This document shows, piece after piece, positions 40,484-51,149 of a DNA stretch of 64,000 bases (positions are counted from its first letter, which is position 1; each line of letters starts with the position of its first letter). A program made the position numbers and the translations under genes. Below the pieces are notes generated by a model, which was not told where the DNA came from, did no database searches, and saw nothing but the letters and a program-made list of their open reading frames with translations. The stretch covers positions 265,236,001 to 265,300,000 of the forward strand of contig OZ024741.1 of the NCBI GenBank assembly GCA_964016885.1, given 5' to 3'. Source of the stretch: Eledone cirrhosa. Its lineage: Eukaryota.

Positions 40484-41730
40484 CTACATTTTAAATTTAA
40501 ATTTATATTTAAAAGTTGAGTTTAATCTATGTTTGCAGCAACTGAATAAATTTGTCCGTAGATTAAGGGAATTTTTAGATTTTAGTATAAAGAATATCTC
40601 CTCTGCGCAGAGGTCACATGTCTCAGAGGATGAATTAAAAGGAATCCCTCTTGAGACTATATTCCAAGCCGTCGAATATCTAACGTTATCTAGCTTAAGT
40701 TGCCAGAGTACGCCTGATAGTGCCGTTGAAGATTTTTTGCTTGGATCTGTGAAAGAATTCTTGTGGTTATTATAGCGAAGTTTAAATTCCGTCGATGTGG
40801 AACCGACGTAGTTAAAAGAATTAGAGTCAGTTTTAACATTACAATTGTATACTATATTTTTAACTAAGCAGTTGTTATTTAACGGACATTTAGATCTATC
40901 TCTACAGTTACATTTGTTAACTTGTATATTATTTATGCTATTATCACTAGGTTTTAAGTTCCTATTATTTATTCTATTAATATTTTGTGCTAAATTTTTG
41001 GTGGATGAGTAGGTTAATTTTATAGTATGTCTATTGAAAATTGAGTGATATCTATGTGTTCTAGGGAAGCGATTATCAAGAGCTTTAAAAAATAGTTTAG
41101 CGATGTGGGTTTTAATGTTTAGTGAGAAAGGGGGGGCAAACCAAATTATGTTCCTAGTTCTATTTCTTTTTTGGCCTTTGGAATTATTGTAATGCTTTCT
41201 ATTATAGTTGTTAAGGTTGTTGCCGTAATTAAAATAGTTGTTATTTTGTTTAGTTTGTCTATCATTATCTATGTACATAATCTTATCAGTATATCCTGCT
41301 CTAGCCAATGCTTCATTGTAGTATTGGGCTTTTTCGTCGAAAATCTTTCTATTCGACGAGATCCTAGAGATACGTTTTTGAACAGAGTTTACTATAGTGT
41401 TTTTGACAGATCTGGGGTGGTTAGAGTTAAAGTTGACATAGTTTAAGTTTTCATTCAACTTGTGAAAAGGATAGTGAAGACATGTGTTGAGATTTAATGT
41501 TATATCTAGGAAATTGACTATTCTATGGTTGTTCTCAATTTCTATTTTAAGATTAAAGTAATTAAAAAATTGTGTAATTTGTTTACATTTTCTATTTAGT
41601 TCAGAGTTATTATTATCAATAAGTAAAAGCATGTCATCTCTATATAAACCTCCGGTAGTACCAGGTATTTTCCTATGTAGCGAATTGATTAAAAATAAGC
41701 CCACAAGGTCAGTTACCTGAGCTGAGTTAT
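40484..41730 (-). mobile_element. 5'-truncated Penelope-like ORF (RT C-terminal part, Zn-finger linker, GIY-YIG), uninterrupted for over 400 codons
   Basis: LYRDD, VNFLDITL, YVNFNSNHP, IIWFAPPFS, CNC..CPL..C, IVY..YVGST..F..RYNNH, CDLC.EE, LN, CCKH. Confidence 0.92.
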
Positions 41731-41998
41731 ATATATAACAGAGGAATAGTGGTAAGGAACCAGTACTTTTTCCTATATATATATATATATATATTGAAAT
41801 TTGGCAGTGATATGTTTTCTATTTAAATTATAATTACATTAATAAAATTATATTTTATTTTTATTTTTTTCCACGGTTCGGAGTTATAAAAAGGGACATT
41901 ACGTTCCTATATCCTATATAAAATCTGTGACATGGTTGATATTATTAATTATCAATATATATATATATGCACACACACATCTCGGGGAATTTTACCCG

Positions 41999-42031
<33 letters not shown>

Positions 42032-42034
<3 letters not shown>

Positions 42035-42308
42035 TTTTCACCGGTATTCGCGGGGGTTATGTTTCTAGAGCACCCGTGAAGAGTGGGAAACCGCGAATAT
42101 TGGACGTGGTCCATAAAAATGCCTATAAACGTCAAAATATAACGTAAAATATAGGCTTGCAAATGCCGGCGTGAAAAAATATATATTGCCACGAAAAAAG
42201 CGATTAAAAAATCTGCGATTCTGCGAAAATATGGTTTCCACGAATAATTATTAGTTAGGTTCTAAGGAAAATTCTGCGAATAACGGGACCGCGAATGCCT
42301 GGTATACA

Positions 42309-42311
<3 letters not shown>
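42032..42311. mobile_element. pogo/Tigger-like MITE
   Basis: CAGT...ACTG termini next to (TA)n; TIR-internal attcgcgg / ccgcgaat with repeated gcgaat motifs. Confidence 0.65.
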
Positions 42312-42386
<75 letters not shown>

Positions 42387-42425
42387 GTGAGGGTTTTTTA
42401 CAAAATGAAAAAAATCGAGTGAAAG

Positions 42426-42721
42426 TATAAGGAAAAATGATGAAATCGAAAATGCAATTGGAGTCTTTTTTTTATAATAATATATATTTATTTGGTACCT
42501 TTACCGGTTTCGCTGTTCTTCTGCTTTTCAAAAGTAGAGTTGAGATGGAGGGTCTGTGGTTTTTCTCACATCAGATGTGAGAAAAACCACAAACCCTCCA
42601 TCTCAACTCTACTTTTGAAAAGCAGAAGAACAGCGAAACCGGTAAAGGCACCAAATAAATATATATTATTATAAAAAAAAAGACTCCAATTGCATTTTCG
42701 ATTTCATCATTTTTCCTTATA
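42426..42721. repeat. Near-perfect ~147-bp-arm hairpin with a 1-nt loop
   Basis: Two mismatches and one homopolymer indel; centre tctcacatc-a-gatgtgaga; arms contain GAAACCGGTA. Confidence 0.95.
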
Positions 42722-43479
42722 TATATATATATAGTAGTAGTAAGAAACCTTTGGGCAGCAGACTGTCTTCAGAGAAGAAACCCCACTCAGGCGAGTGTTT
42801 CGGCCTTTAACTTTTAACACTCTAAGGGGGCCAGACCGTATCCGGGTCATGACTCCTGGGTGCCCTTCTGCTGACATTTAATAATTCGGAATTCGGAGAT
42901 ATGCTGTGTATTTAAACCGTATGGAGATTTTGTTGACTGGATCTAGCTGTTTTATATTCACAATTGTATAAATAACGTTACAAATGGTTTATAATTCTTA
43001 CAGAATAAAAATATAAACACAAATAATATATACAATTAATTATTGCTAGGAACCTTATACATATAATACAGAAATATATATACACAAAGCGAGAGAAAAA
43101 AAATGAAATACAGTGAGTCATGATGAACAAACTTTCCGAATTTATGTTTAGCTAACTTTAAACACAAATCGAAAGTATTCTGTAAATCTTTATTATTCAC
43201 AGTTGTATATATAACAAATCGTTTATAATTCTTACAGAATGAATCGAATCGAATTATATATTCTATAGAATATATCTATGTGTATGTGTGTGTGTGTCTC
43301 TCTAGAGGTTATCTAAATTTTCTTCACAGTTGGAACATTAACGAACGGGAATTATACAATAATGAAAGTATTTTGAAAAAAAAATAAAAGAATTTTTTTT
43401 TCTATCAGCGTAAATCGTAATCAGCGTTCTTTCGTTTTAATTAGAGGGAAAAACATTTCATTTTCCAAACTCCAAAAAT

Positions 43480-45470
43480 CCAGAGCCTTCTCACTCCTGC
43501 TGGAGGAACTCCTCCCAGGTTGGCCTCCACCGTTTCCTATCTCTGGTCATATTAGGCCATGTTGGGCCGAGGTATCGGATTAGATCATCGTGCAATCTTT
43601 TTTCCCATTCACTGCCTGGATGTCCACTCTATCACTCTAATAGTCCACCTGTATCTCTGGAACGAGAGATGTGGCCAGCACATCCTTAGTCTCCATTGTC
43701 TTAGTGTCCACTCTGTCACTCTAATAGTCCACCTGTATCTCTGGAACGAGAGATGTGGCCAGCACATCCTTGGTCTCCATTGTCTTAGTGTCCACTCTGT
43801 CACTCTAATAGTCCACCTGTATCTCTGGAACGAGAGATGTGGCCAGCACATCCTTGGTCTCCATTGTCTTAGTGTCCACTCTATCACTCTAATAGTCCAC
43901 CTGTATCTCTGGAACGAGAGATGTGGCCAGCACATCCTTGGTCTCCATTGTCTTAGTGTCCACTCTATCACTCTAATAGTCCACCTGTATCTCTGGAACG
44001 AGAGATGTGGCCAGCACATCCTTGGTCTCTATTGTCTTAGTGTCCACTCTGTCACTCTAATAGTCCACCTGTATCTCTGGAACGAGAGATGTGGCCAGCA
44101 CATCCTTGGTCTCCATTGTCTTAGTGTCCACTCTATCACTCTAATAGTCCACCTGTATCTCTGGAACGAGAGATGTGGCCAGCATATCCTTGGTCTCTAT
44201 TGTCTTAGTGTCCACTCTGTCACTCTAATAGTCCACCTGTATCTCTGGAACGAGAGATGTGGCCAGCATATCCTTGGTCTCCATTGTCTTAGTGTCCACT
44301 CTGTCACTCTAATAGTCCACCTGTATCTCTGGAACGAGAGATGTGGCCAGCACATCCTTAGTCTCCATTGTCTTAGTGTCCACTCTGTCACTCTAATAGT
44401 CCACCTGTATCTCTGGAACGAGAGATGTGGCCAGCATATCCTTGGTCTCCATTGTCTTAGTGTCCACTCTGTCACTCTAATAGTCCACCTGTATCTCTGG
44501 AACGAGAGATGTGGCCAGCACATCCTTGGTCTCTATTGTCTTAGTGTCCACTCTGTCACTCTAATAGTCCACCTGTATCTCTGGAACGAGAGATGTGGCC
44601 AGCACATCCTTGGTCTCCATTGTCTTAGTGTCCACTCTATCACTCTAATAGTCCACCTGTATCTCTGGAACGAGAGATGTGGCCAGCACATCCTTGGTCT
44701 CCATTGTCTTAGTGTCCACTCTATCACTCTAATAGTCCACCTGTATCTCTGGAACGAGAGATGTGGCCAGCACATCCTTGGTCTCTATTGTCTTAGTGTC
44801 CACTCTGTCACTCTAATAGTCCACCTGTATCTCTGGAACGAGAGATGTGGCCAGCATATCCTTGGTCTCCATTGTCTTAGTGTCCACTCTGTCACTCTAA
44901 TAGTCCACCTGTATCTCTGGAACGAGAGATGTGGCCAGCAGATCCTTGGTCTCCATTGTCTTAGTGTCCACTCTATCACTCTAATAGTCCATCTGTATCT
45001 CTGGAACGAGAGATGTGGCCAGCACATCCTTGGTCTCTATTGTCTTAGTGTCCACTCTGTCACTCTAATAGTCCATCTGTATCTCTGGAACGAGAGATGT
45101 GGCCAGCACATCCTTGGTCTCCATTGTCTTAGTGTCCACTCTATCACTCTAATAGTCCACCTGTATCTCTGGAACGAGAGATGTGGCCAGCACATCCTTG
45201 GTCTCTATTGTCTTAGTGTCCACTCTGTCACTCTAATAGGCCACCTGTATCTCTGGAACGAGAGATGTGGCCAGCAGATCCTTGGTCTCCATTGTCTTAG
45301 TGTCCACTCTATCACTCTAATAGTCCACCTGTATCTCTGGAACGAGAGATGTGGCCAGCATATATGTTCTTGATGGTCTCAATTTTATCTTAACGCCAGT
45401 CTGTTATCGAATCCAGGTGTTTCTCTTCCTGCCATGTAAAGTGGTGCCGAGTAAGATTCGTTCCATTTGA
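43480..45470 (-). mobile_element. Degenerate RTE-type LINE C-terminal remnant split by an internal tandem amplification
   Basis: Upstream flank MERILLGTTLHGRKRNTWIR*QTGVK/DKIETIKNIYAGHISR, repeat RWTIRV(I/T)EWT, downstream flank RLHDDLIRYLGPTWPNMTRDRKRWRPTWEEFLQQE*. Confidence 0.85.
43621..45362. repeat. 84-bp minisatellite, about 20.7 near-identical units
   Basis: Period exactly 84 (tgtccactct at 43621 and 45301); about 6 variable positions. Confidence 0.98.
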
Positions 45471-45659
45471 TATTCGTGATTTCTTTAATCATTATCGAAT
45501 ATGATTTAATTTTAAACATTTTCTTTTATTAATAAACCATTCTGAATTTACATATACAGGTCAATCAGATACCGTTCATCTTAATGTGTGGCGATTAGGC
45601 GAAAATTTAATACATTTTCGTCCAGAATAAACACCCACACACGTATCTATATATATATT

Positions 45660-45845
45660 AGTTTATCCTGGGTTCAATCGGGGGTAACCACAGTAAGTAA
45701 GGTACTCAATACCAAAGCAGAGTATAAATATTTAATATAGAAATAGCTTCTACAGGACTAGAACTGTTTCATTCGGGAGAAATCATCAGGAAGCCCTGAT
45801 GATTTCTGCCGAATGAAACAGTTCTAGTCCTGTAGAAGTCATTTA
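45660..45845. mobile_element. Short fold-back element with tail-to-tail hammerhead-like cores (second copy at 63125-63290, opposite orientation)
   Basis: cttctacaggactagaactgtttcattcgg-aga-aatcatcagg / cCTGATGAtttctgccgaatGAAAcagttctagtcctgtagaag. Confidence 0.7.
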
Positions 45846-46042
45846 TATATATATATATATGTATGTATGGGTATATAAATATATATGTATGTATGTGTAT
45901 ATAAATATATATGTATGTATGTATATATGTATGTATGTATGTGTATATAAATATATATGTATGTATGTATATATGTATGTATGTATGTGTATATAAATAT
46001 ATATGTATGTATGTATATATGTATGTATGTATGTGTATATAA

Positions 46043-46073
<31 letters not shown>

Positions 46074-46119
46074 TGTATGTATGTATGTATGTATGTATGT
46101 GTATATAAATATGTATGTT

Positions 46120-47340
46120 TTCTCTTTCTCTTAATTTTGAGTATATTTTTTTGACCGGCCACCTTCCTGGTGGCAAGGTTGTAAAAGAAAAAAAATTTTC
46201 ATCCCTTGAATCGCAAGAATGTTTTGCAAATTTTGAAGGTGCCAGCTATCGCAGCCATTTGTAGACTATGAATTAGGGAGCTGCGCTTTTTGTCCGCAAA
46301 TCCAAGTTCAGTCATACTTTGGTCCAAGCGGGTTGGTATATAACCCGTAGCACCAATAATGATGGGTATGAAGCTAAAGGTGTATCTTGGATACTGGATT
46401 TGTAAACTCCTCATCAATGGTCCGTAGATGTCCTCCTTCTCCTGCATTTTTCTGACAACGTTTACATCAAGTGGGCAGCTGATCTCCACAACAGAACACG
46501 TTTTCAATGTGTGGTCCCAAACTACAATATCAGGCCGGTTGTGCTTTAATTTGGTGGCAGTTTTTATTTTCAGGTTCCACCAGTATTCCTTAGTGCCATC
46601 TGTCTCAATATATTCTTCCTCGTTTGTTGTTAATTTTGTTTTCCGAAGTGCGTTCCAGATGGTTCTAGCTATCCCATCGTGTCTCATGGGGAGGTAGTAG
46701 CGAGATGACATTCTTTCGCAGCTGGCAACAATGTGGCTTACATCCTCGATCTTTGTTTTACATAGCCTACATTTATTGTCAGCTGCTGGCCCTCCTCTTT
46801 TGTGCAGCAGATATTTGGTTCTTGTTCCTGTATTGCATAGAGATATCCCTCAAGGTGTGATGTCATAAACTTGTCGGAACTCCATGCCAGGCTTTTTGAG
46901 TGGTTTATCCCCTCTATGGTCTGTGTTTTACGCCTCAAGTATCCATGCACAACTTTTTCTGTAAATTGGTCAATTTTTTTATCTTGTTTGAACATTGAAT
47001 AGGATCTTCCGATTTCTCTGGGTGAGAGATTTATATCAGGCTTTATTCCATATCTCTCCTCCAGATCAGTCGCTATTCTAATGATATTTCTTTTTTCATG
47101 GTCATAAACCTGGGCAAGATGGTTGCCAACCTTTTTCCTCTGTTGAAGGTGTTGCTTCAGTGTTACTATCCGGGTCTCATATGTTGTTAATATTGATTTT
47201 AGACCCCGGCCACCTTCCTTGCGTGAGAAGTATAGCCTATCCACATCACCATTGATGTTAAAGTTCCCAGTAACACTGAGAAGTTTTCGAGTTCTAACAT
47301 CCATCTCACTTAGTTCTTGCAATGACCAGTTCAGTAGGCC
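46120..47340 (-). mobile_element. 5'-truncated R4/Dong-like non-LTR retrotransposon (CCHC plus restriction-like endonuclease), one frameshift near 46820
   Basis: DVDRLYFSRKEGGRGL, CRLC-x8-H-x4-C, RHD, HNRPDIVV..D..VVEISCP, IPIIIGATG; 3' end abuts (CATA)n. Confidence 0.9.
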
Positions 47341-47449
47341 ACTCTAGAGTACTCAATTCTTAGGGTAGTAAAGTGGGTAATAGGAAAATGTTTAACCCCG
47401 ACGGCAGAGCTCAAGCCGTTTCGACGGCTATTTCTGGACTAGCCCAGAA

Positions 47450-47504
<55 letters not shown>

Positions 47505-48043
47505 TACACACACACATATATAAATATATATATATATATATGACTGCTACAGGATTAGAATTGTTTTATTGTGATCATTTCTAGATCCCCATTGGGACTC
47601 CACTCCTAATTATATATATTTGTGTGTGTATGTGTGTCTGTGTGTATCGTAATGTAGCGGTTCGACAAAAAGGGATCGATAAAATAAGTACTGATGGTGG
47701 TGTTGGGGGGGGGGGGGGGGGGGGGTTCAATATGATCTACTAAATCGCTTTTAAATCGGTGCTCCAGCATGGCCGCAGTCTAATGACTGACAGCAGTAAA
47801 AGAACAGTCGCAACCTACACCTTCGAAAAAGGCGTCTGAATTCAAAGGTGTAAGTTTCAAATATTCTTTGACTGCTTTCAGTCATTAGATTGCGGCCATA
47901 CTGTAGCATCGACTTAAACGGGATTTAGGCGATATCGATCCCACCCCACTTCCCAGTACTTTTTTTTTTTTTCGGGTCTTCAATATATTTTATCGATCCC
48001 TTTTTGTCGAACCGCAACGTTATGGCAGACACACACACACGCG

Positions 48044-48119
<76 letters not shown>

Positions 48120-49581
48120 GGCAGTGGTTCCTAACTTTTTTATATTGCGGCACTCCTTGAGGTTTTGAAATTCCATCCCACACCCCTAGGTTTAACACAC
48201 AAGGCAAAAGAACTTGCATTTCCAGCTCAAATTATCAGCTACTTAGCTGCTACTACTTCATTAATTAACTACTGTGATTAATAAATACAAATTTTTGAAA
48301 ATCACAGAAAATATCCAATCAAAATATTTTAATCTTAAATGTGACTTCTGTTGTTTCTTCTCTATACACTGCAAGAACTGAATCTCGCACCCTTCGGGGA
48401 TGCTAACACCCCAGGTTAAGAACCACTGTTTTAGATTGTAGAGAAGCGTTTCGCTAAACTGCAGATATGCCCGAACTGTAGCCCAAACTAAAGATGGGTA
48501 TGAAGCTAAAGGTGTATCTTGGATACTGGATTTGTAAACTCCTCATCAATGGTCCGTAGATGTCCTCCTTCTCCTGTATTTTTCTGACAACGTTTACATC
48601 AAGTGGGCAGCTGATCTCCACAACAGAACACGTTTTCAATGTGTGGTCCCAAACTACAATATCAGGCCGGTTGTGCTTTAATTTGGTGGCAGTTTTTATT
48701 TTCAGGTTCCACCAGTATTCCTTAGTGCCATCTGTCTCAATATATTCTTCCTCGTTTGTTGTTAATTTTGTTTTCCGAAGTGCGTTCCAGATGGTTCTAG
48801 CTATCCCATCGTGTCTCATGGGGAGGTAGTAGCGAGATGACATTCTTTCGCAGCTGGCAACAATGTGGCTTACATCCTCGATCTTTGTTTTACATAGCCT
48901 ACATTTATTGTCAGCTGCTGGCCCTCCTCTTTTGTGCAGCAGATATTTGGTTCTTGTTCCTGTATTGCATAGAGATATCCCTCAAGGTGTGATGTCATAA
49001 ACTTGTCGGAACTCCATGCCAGGCTTTTTGAGTGGTTTATCCCCTCTATGGTCTGTGTTTTACGCCTCAAGTATCCATGCACAACTTTTTCTGTAAATTG
49101 GTCAATTTTTTTATCTTGTTTGAACATTGAATAGGATCTTCCGATTTCTCTGGGTGAGAGATTTATATCAGGCTTTATTCCATATCTCTCCTCCAGATCA
49201 GTCGCTATTCTAATGATATTTCTTTTTTCATGGTCATAAACCTGGGCAAGATGGTTGCCAACCTTTTTCCTCTGTTGAAGGTGTTGCTTCAGTGTTACTA
49301 TCCGGGTCTCATATGTTGTTAATATTGATTTTAGACCCCGGCCACCTTCCTTGCGTGAGAAGTATAGCCTATCCACATCACCATTGATGTTAAAGTTCCC
49401 AGTAACACTGAGAAGTTTTCGAGTTCTAACATCCATCTCACTTAGTTCTTGCAATGACCAGTTCAGTAGGCCACTCTAGAGTACTCAATTCTTAGGGTAG
49501 TAAAGTGGGTAATAGGAAAATGTTTAACCCCGACGGCAGAGCTCAAGCCGTTTCGACGGCTATTTCTGGACTAGCCCAGAA

Positions 49582-49636
<55 letters not shown>

Positions 49637-50170
49637 TACACACACACATATATAAATATATATATATATATATGACTGCTACAGGATTAGAATTGTTTTA
49701 TTGTGATCATTTCTAGATCCCCATTGGGACTCCACTCCTAATTATATATATTTGTGTGTGTATGTGTGTCTGTGTGTATCGTAATGTAGCGGTTCGACAA
49801 AAAGGGATCGATAAAATAAGTACTGATGGTGGTGTTGGGGGGGGGGGGGGGGTTCAATATGATCTACTAAATCGCTTTTAAATCGGTGCTCCAGCATGGC
49901 CGCAGTCTAATGACTGACAGCAGTAAAAGAACAGTCGCAACCTACACCTTCGAAAAAGGCGTCTGAATTCAAAGGTGTAAGTTTCAAATATTCTTTGACT
50001 GCTTTCAGTCATTAGATTGCGGCCATACTGTAGCATCGACTTAAACGGGATTTAGGCGATATCGATCCCACCCCACTTCCCAGTACTTTTTTTTTTTTTC
50101 GGGTCTTCAATATATTTTATCGATCCCTTTTTGTCGAACCGCAACGTTATGGCAGACACACACACACGCG

Positions 50171-50246
<76 letters not shown>

Positions 50247-51144
50247 GGCAGTGGTTCCTAACTTTTTTATATTGCGGCACTCCTTGAGGTTTTGAAATTC
50301 CATCCCACACCCCTAGGTTTAACACACAAGGCAAAAGAACTTGCATTTCCAGCTCAAATTATCAGCTACTTAGCTGCTACTACTTCATTAATTAACTACT
50401 GTGATTAATAAATACAAATTTTTGAAAATCACAGAAAATATCCAATCAAAATATTTTAATCTTAAATGTGACTTCTGTTGTTTCTTCTCTATACACTGCA
50501 AGAACTGAATCTCGCACCCTTCGGGGATGCTAACACCCCAGGTTAAGAACCACTGTTTTAGATTGTAGAGAAGCGTTTCGCTAAACTGCAGATATGCCCG
50601 AACTGTAGCCCAAACTAAAGATGGGTATGAAGCTAAAGGTGTATCTTGGATACTGGATTTGTAAACTCCTCATCAATGGTCCGTAGATGTCCTCCTTCTC
50701 CTGTATTTTTCTGACAACGTTTACATCAAGTGGGCAGCTGATCTCCACAACAGAACACGTTTTCAATGTGTGGTCCCAAACTACAATATCAGGCCGGTTG
50801 TGCTTTAATTTGGTGGCAGTTTTTATTTTCAGGTTCCACCAGTATTCCTTAGTGCCATCTGTCTCAATATATTCTTCCTCGTTTGTTGTTAATTTTGTTT
50901 TCCGAAGTGCGTTCCAGATGGTTCTAGCTATCCCATCGCAAATTTTTGAAAATCACAGAAAATATCCAATCAAAATATTTTAATCTTAAATGTGACTTCT
51001 GTTGTTTCTTCTCTATACACTGCAAGAACTGAATCTCGCACCCTTCGGGGATGCTAACACCCCAGGTTAAGAACCACTGTTTTAGATTGTAGAGAAGCGT
51101 TTCGCTAAACTGCAGATATGCCCGAACTGTAGCCCAAACTAAAG
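46361..51144. repeat. Recent tandem duplication: 46361-48492, 48493-50619 and an internally deleted third copy 50620-51144
   Basis: Units restart at gatgggtatgaagc (46361, 48493, 50620); the third copy jumps at 50938/50939 to the last ~205 bp of the unit. Confidence 0.95.
48122..48428. mobile_element. hAT (Charlie-like) MITE; duplicated at 50249-50555 and partly at 50939-51079
   Basis: TIRs CAGTGGTTCCTAAC / GTTAAGAACCACTG; flanks have a central TA as in nnnTAnnn targets, but the TSD is not conserved. Confidence 0.7.
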
Positions 51145-51149
51145 TGGCT

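Noticed and set aside
40484-41730. Selenocysteine-encoding Penelope ORF as reported for some Naiad elements
   Set aside because: No in-frame UGA in the visible ORF; the Cys positions are ordinary codons
43621-45362. Minus-strand frame DRVDTKTMETKDVLATSLVPEIQVDY*S with one UAG per unit, suggesting A-to-I stop recoding or readthrough
   Set aside because: The variants look conservative in that frame, but the flanks show the ancestral coding frames are the RTE ones, so the pattern is probably coincidental
43559-45373. 604-aa plus-strand ORF as a real gene
   Set aside because: It is the antisense of an RTE-derived 84-bp repeat; a stop-free 28-codon unit produces a long ORF automatically, and there is no domain signature
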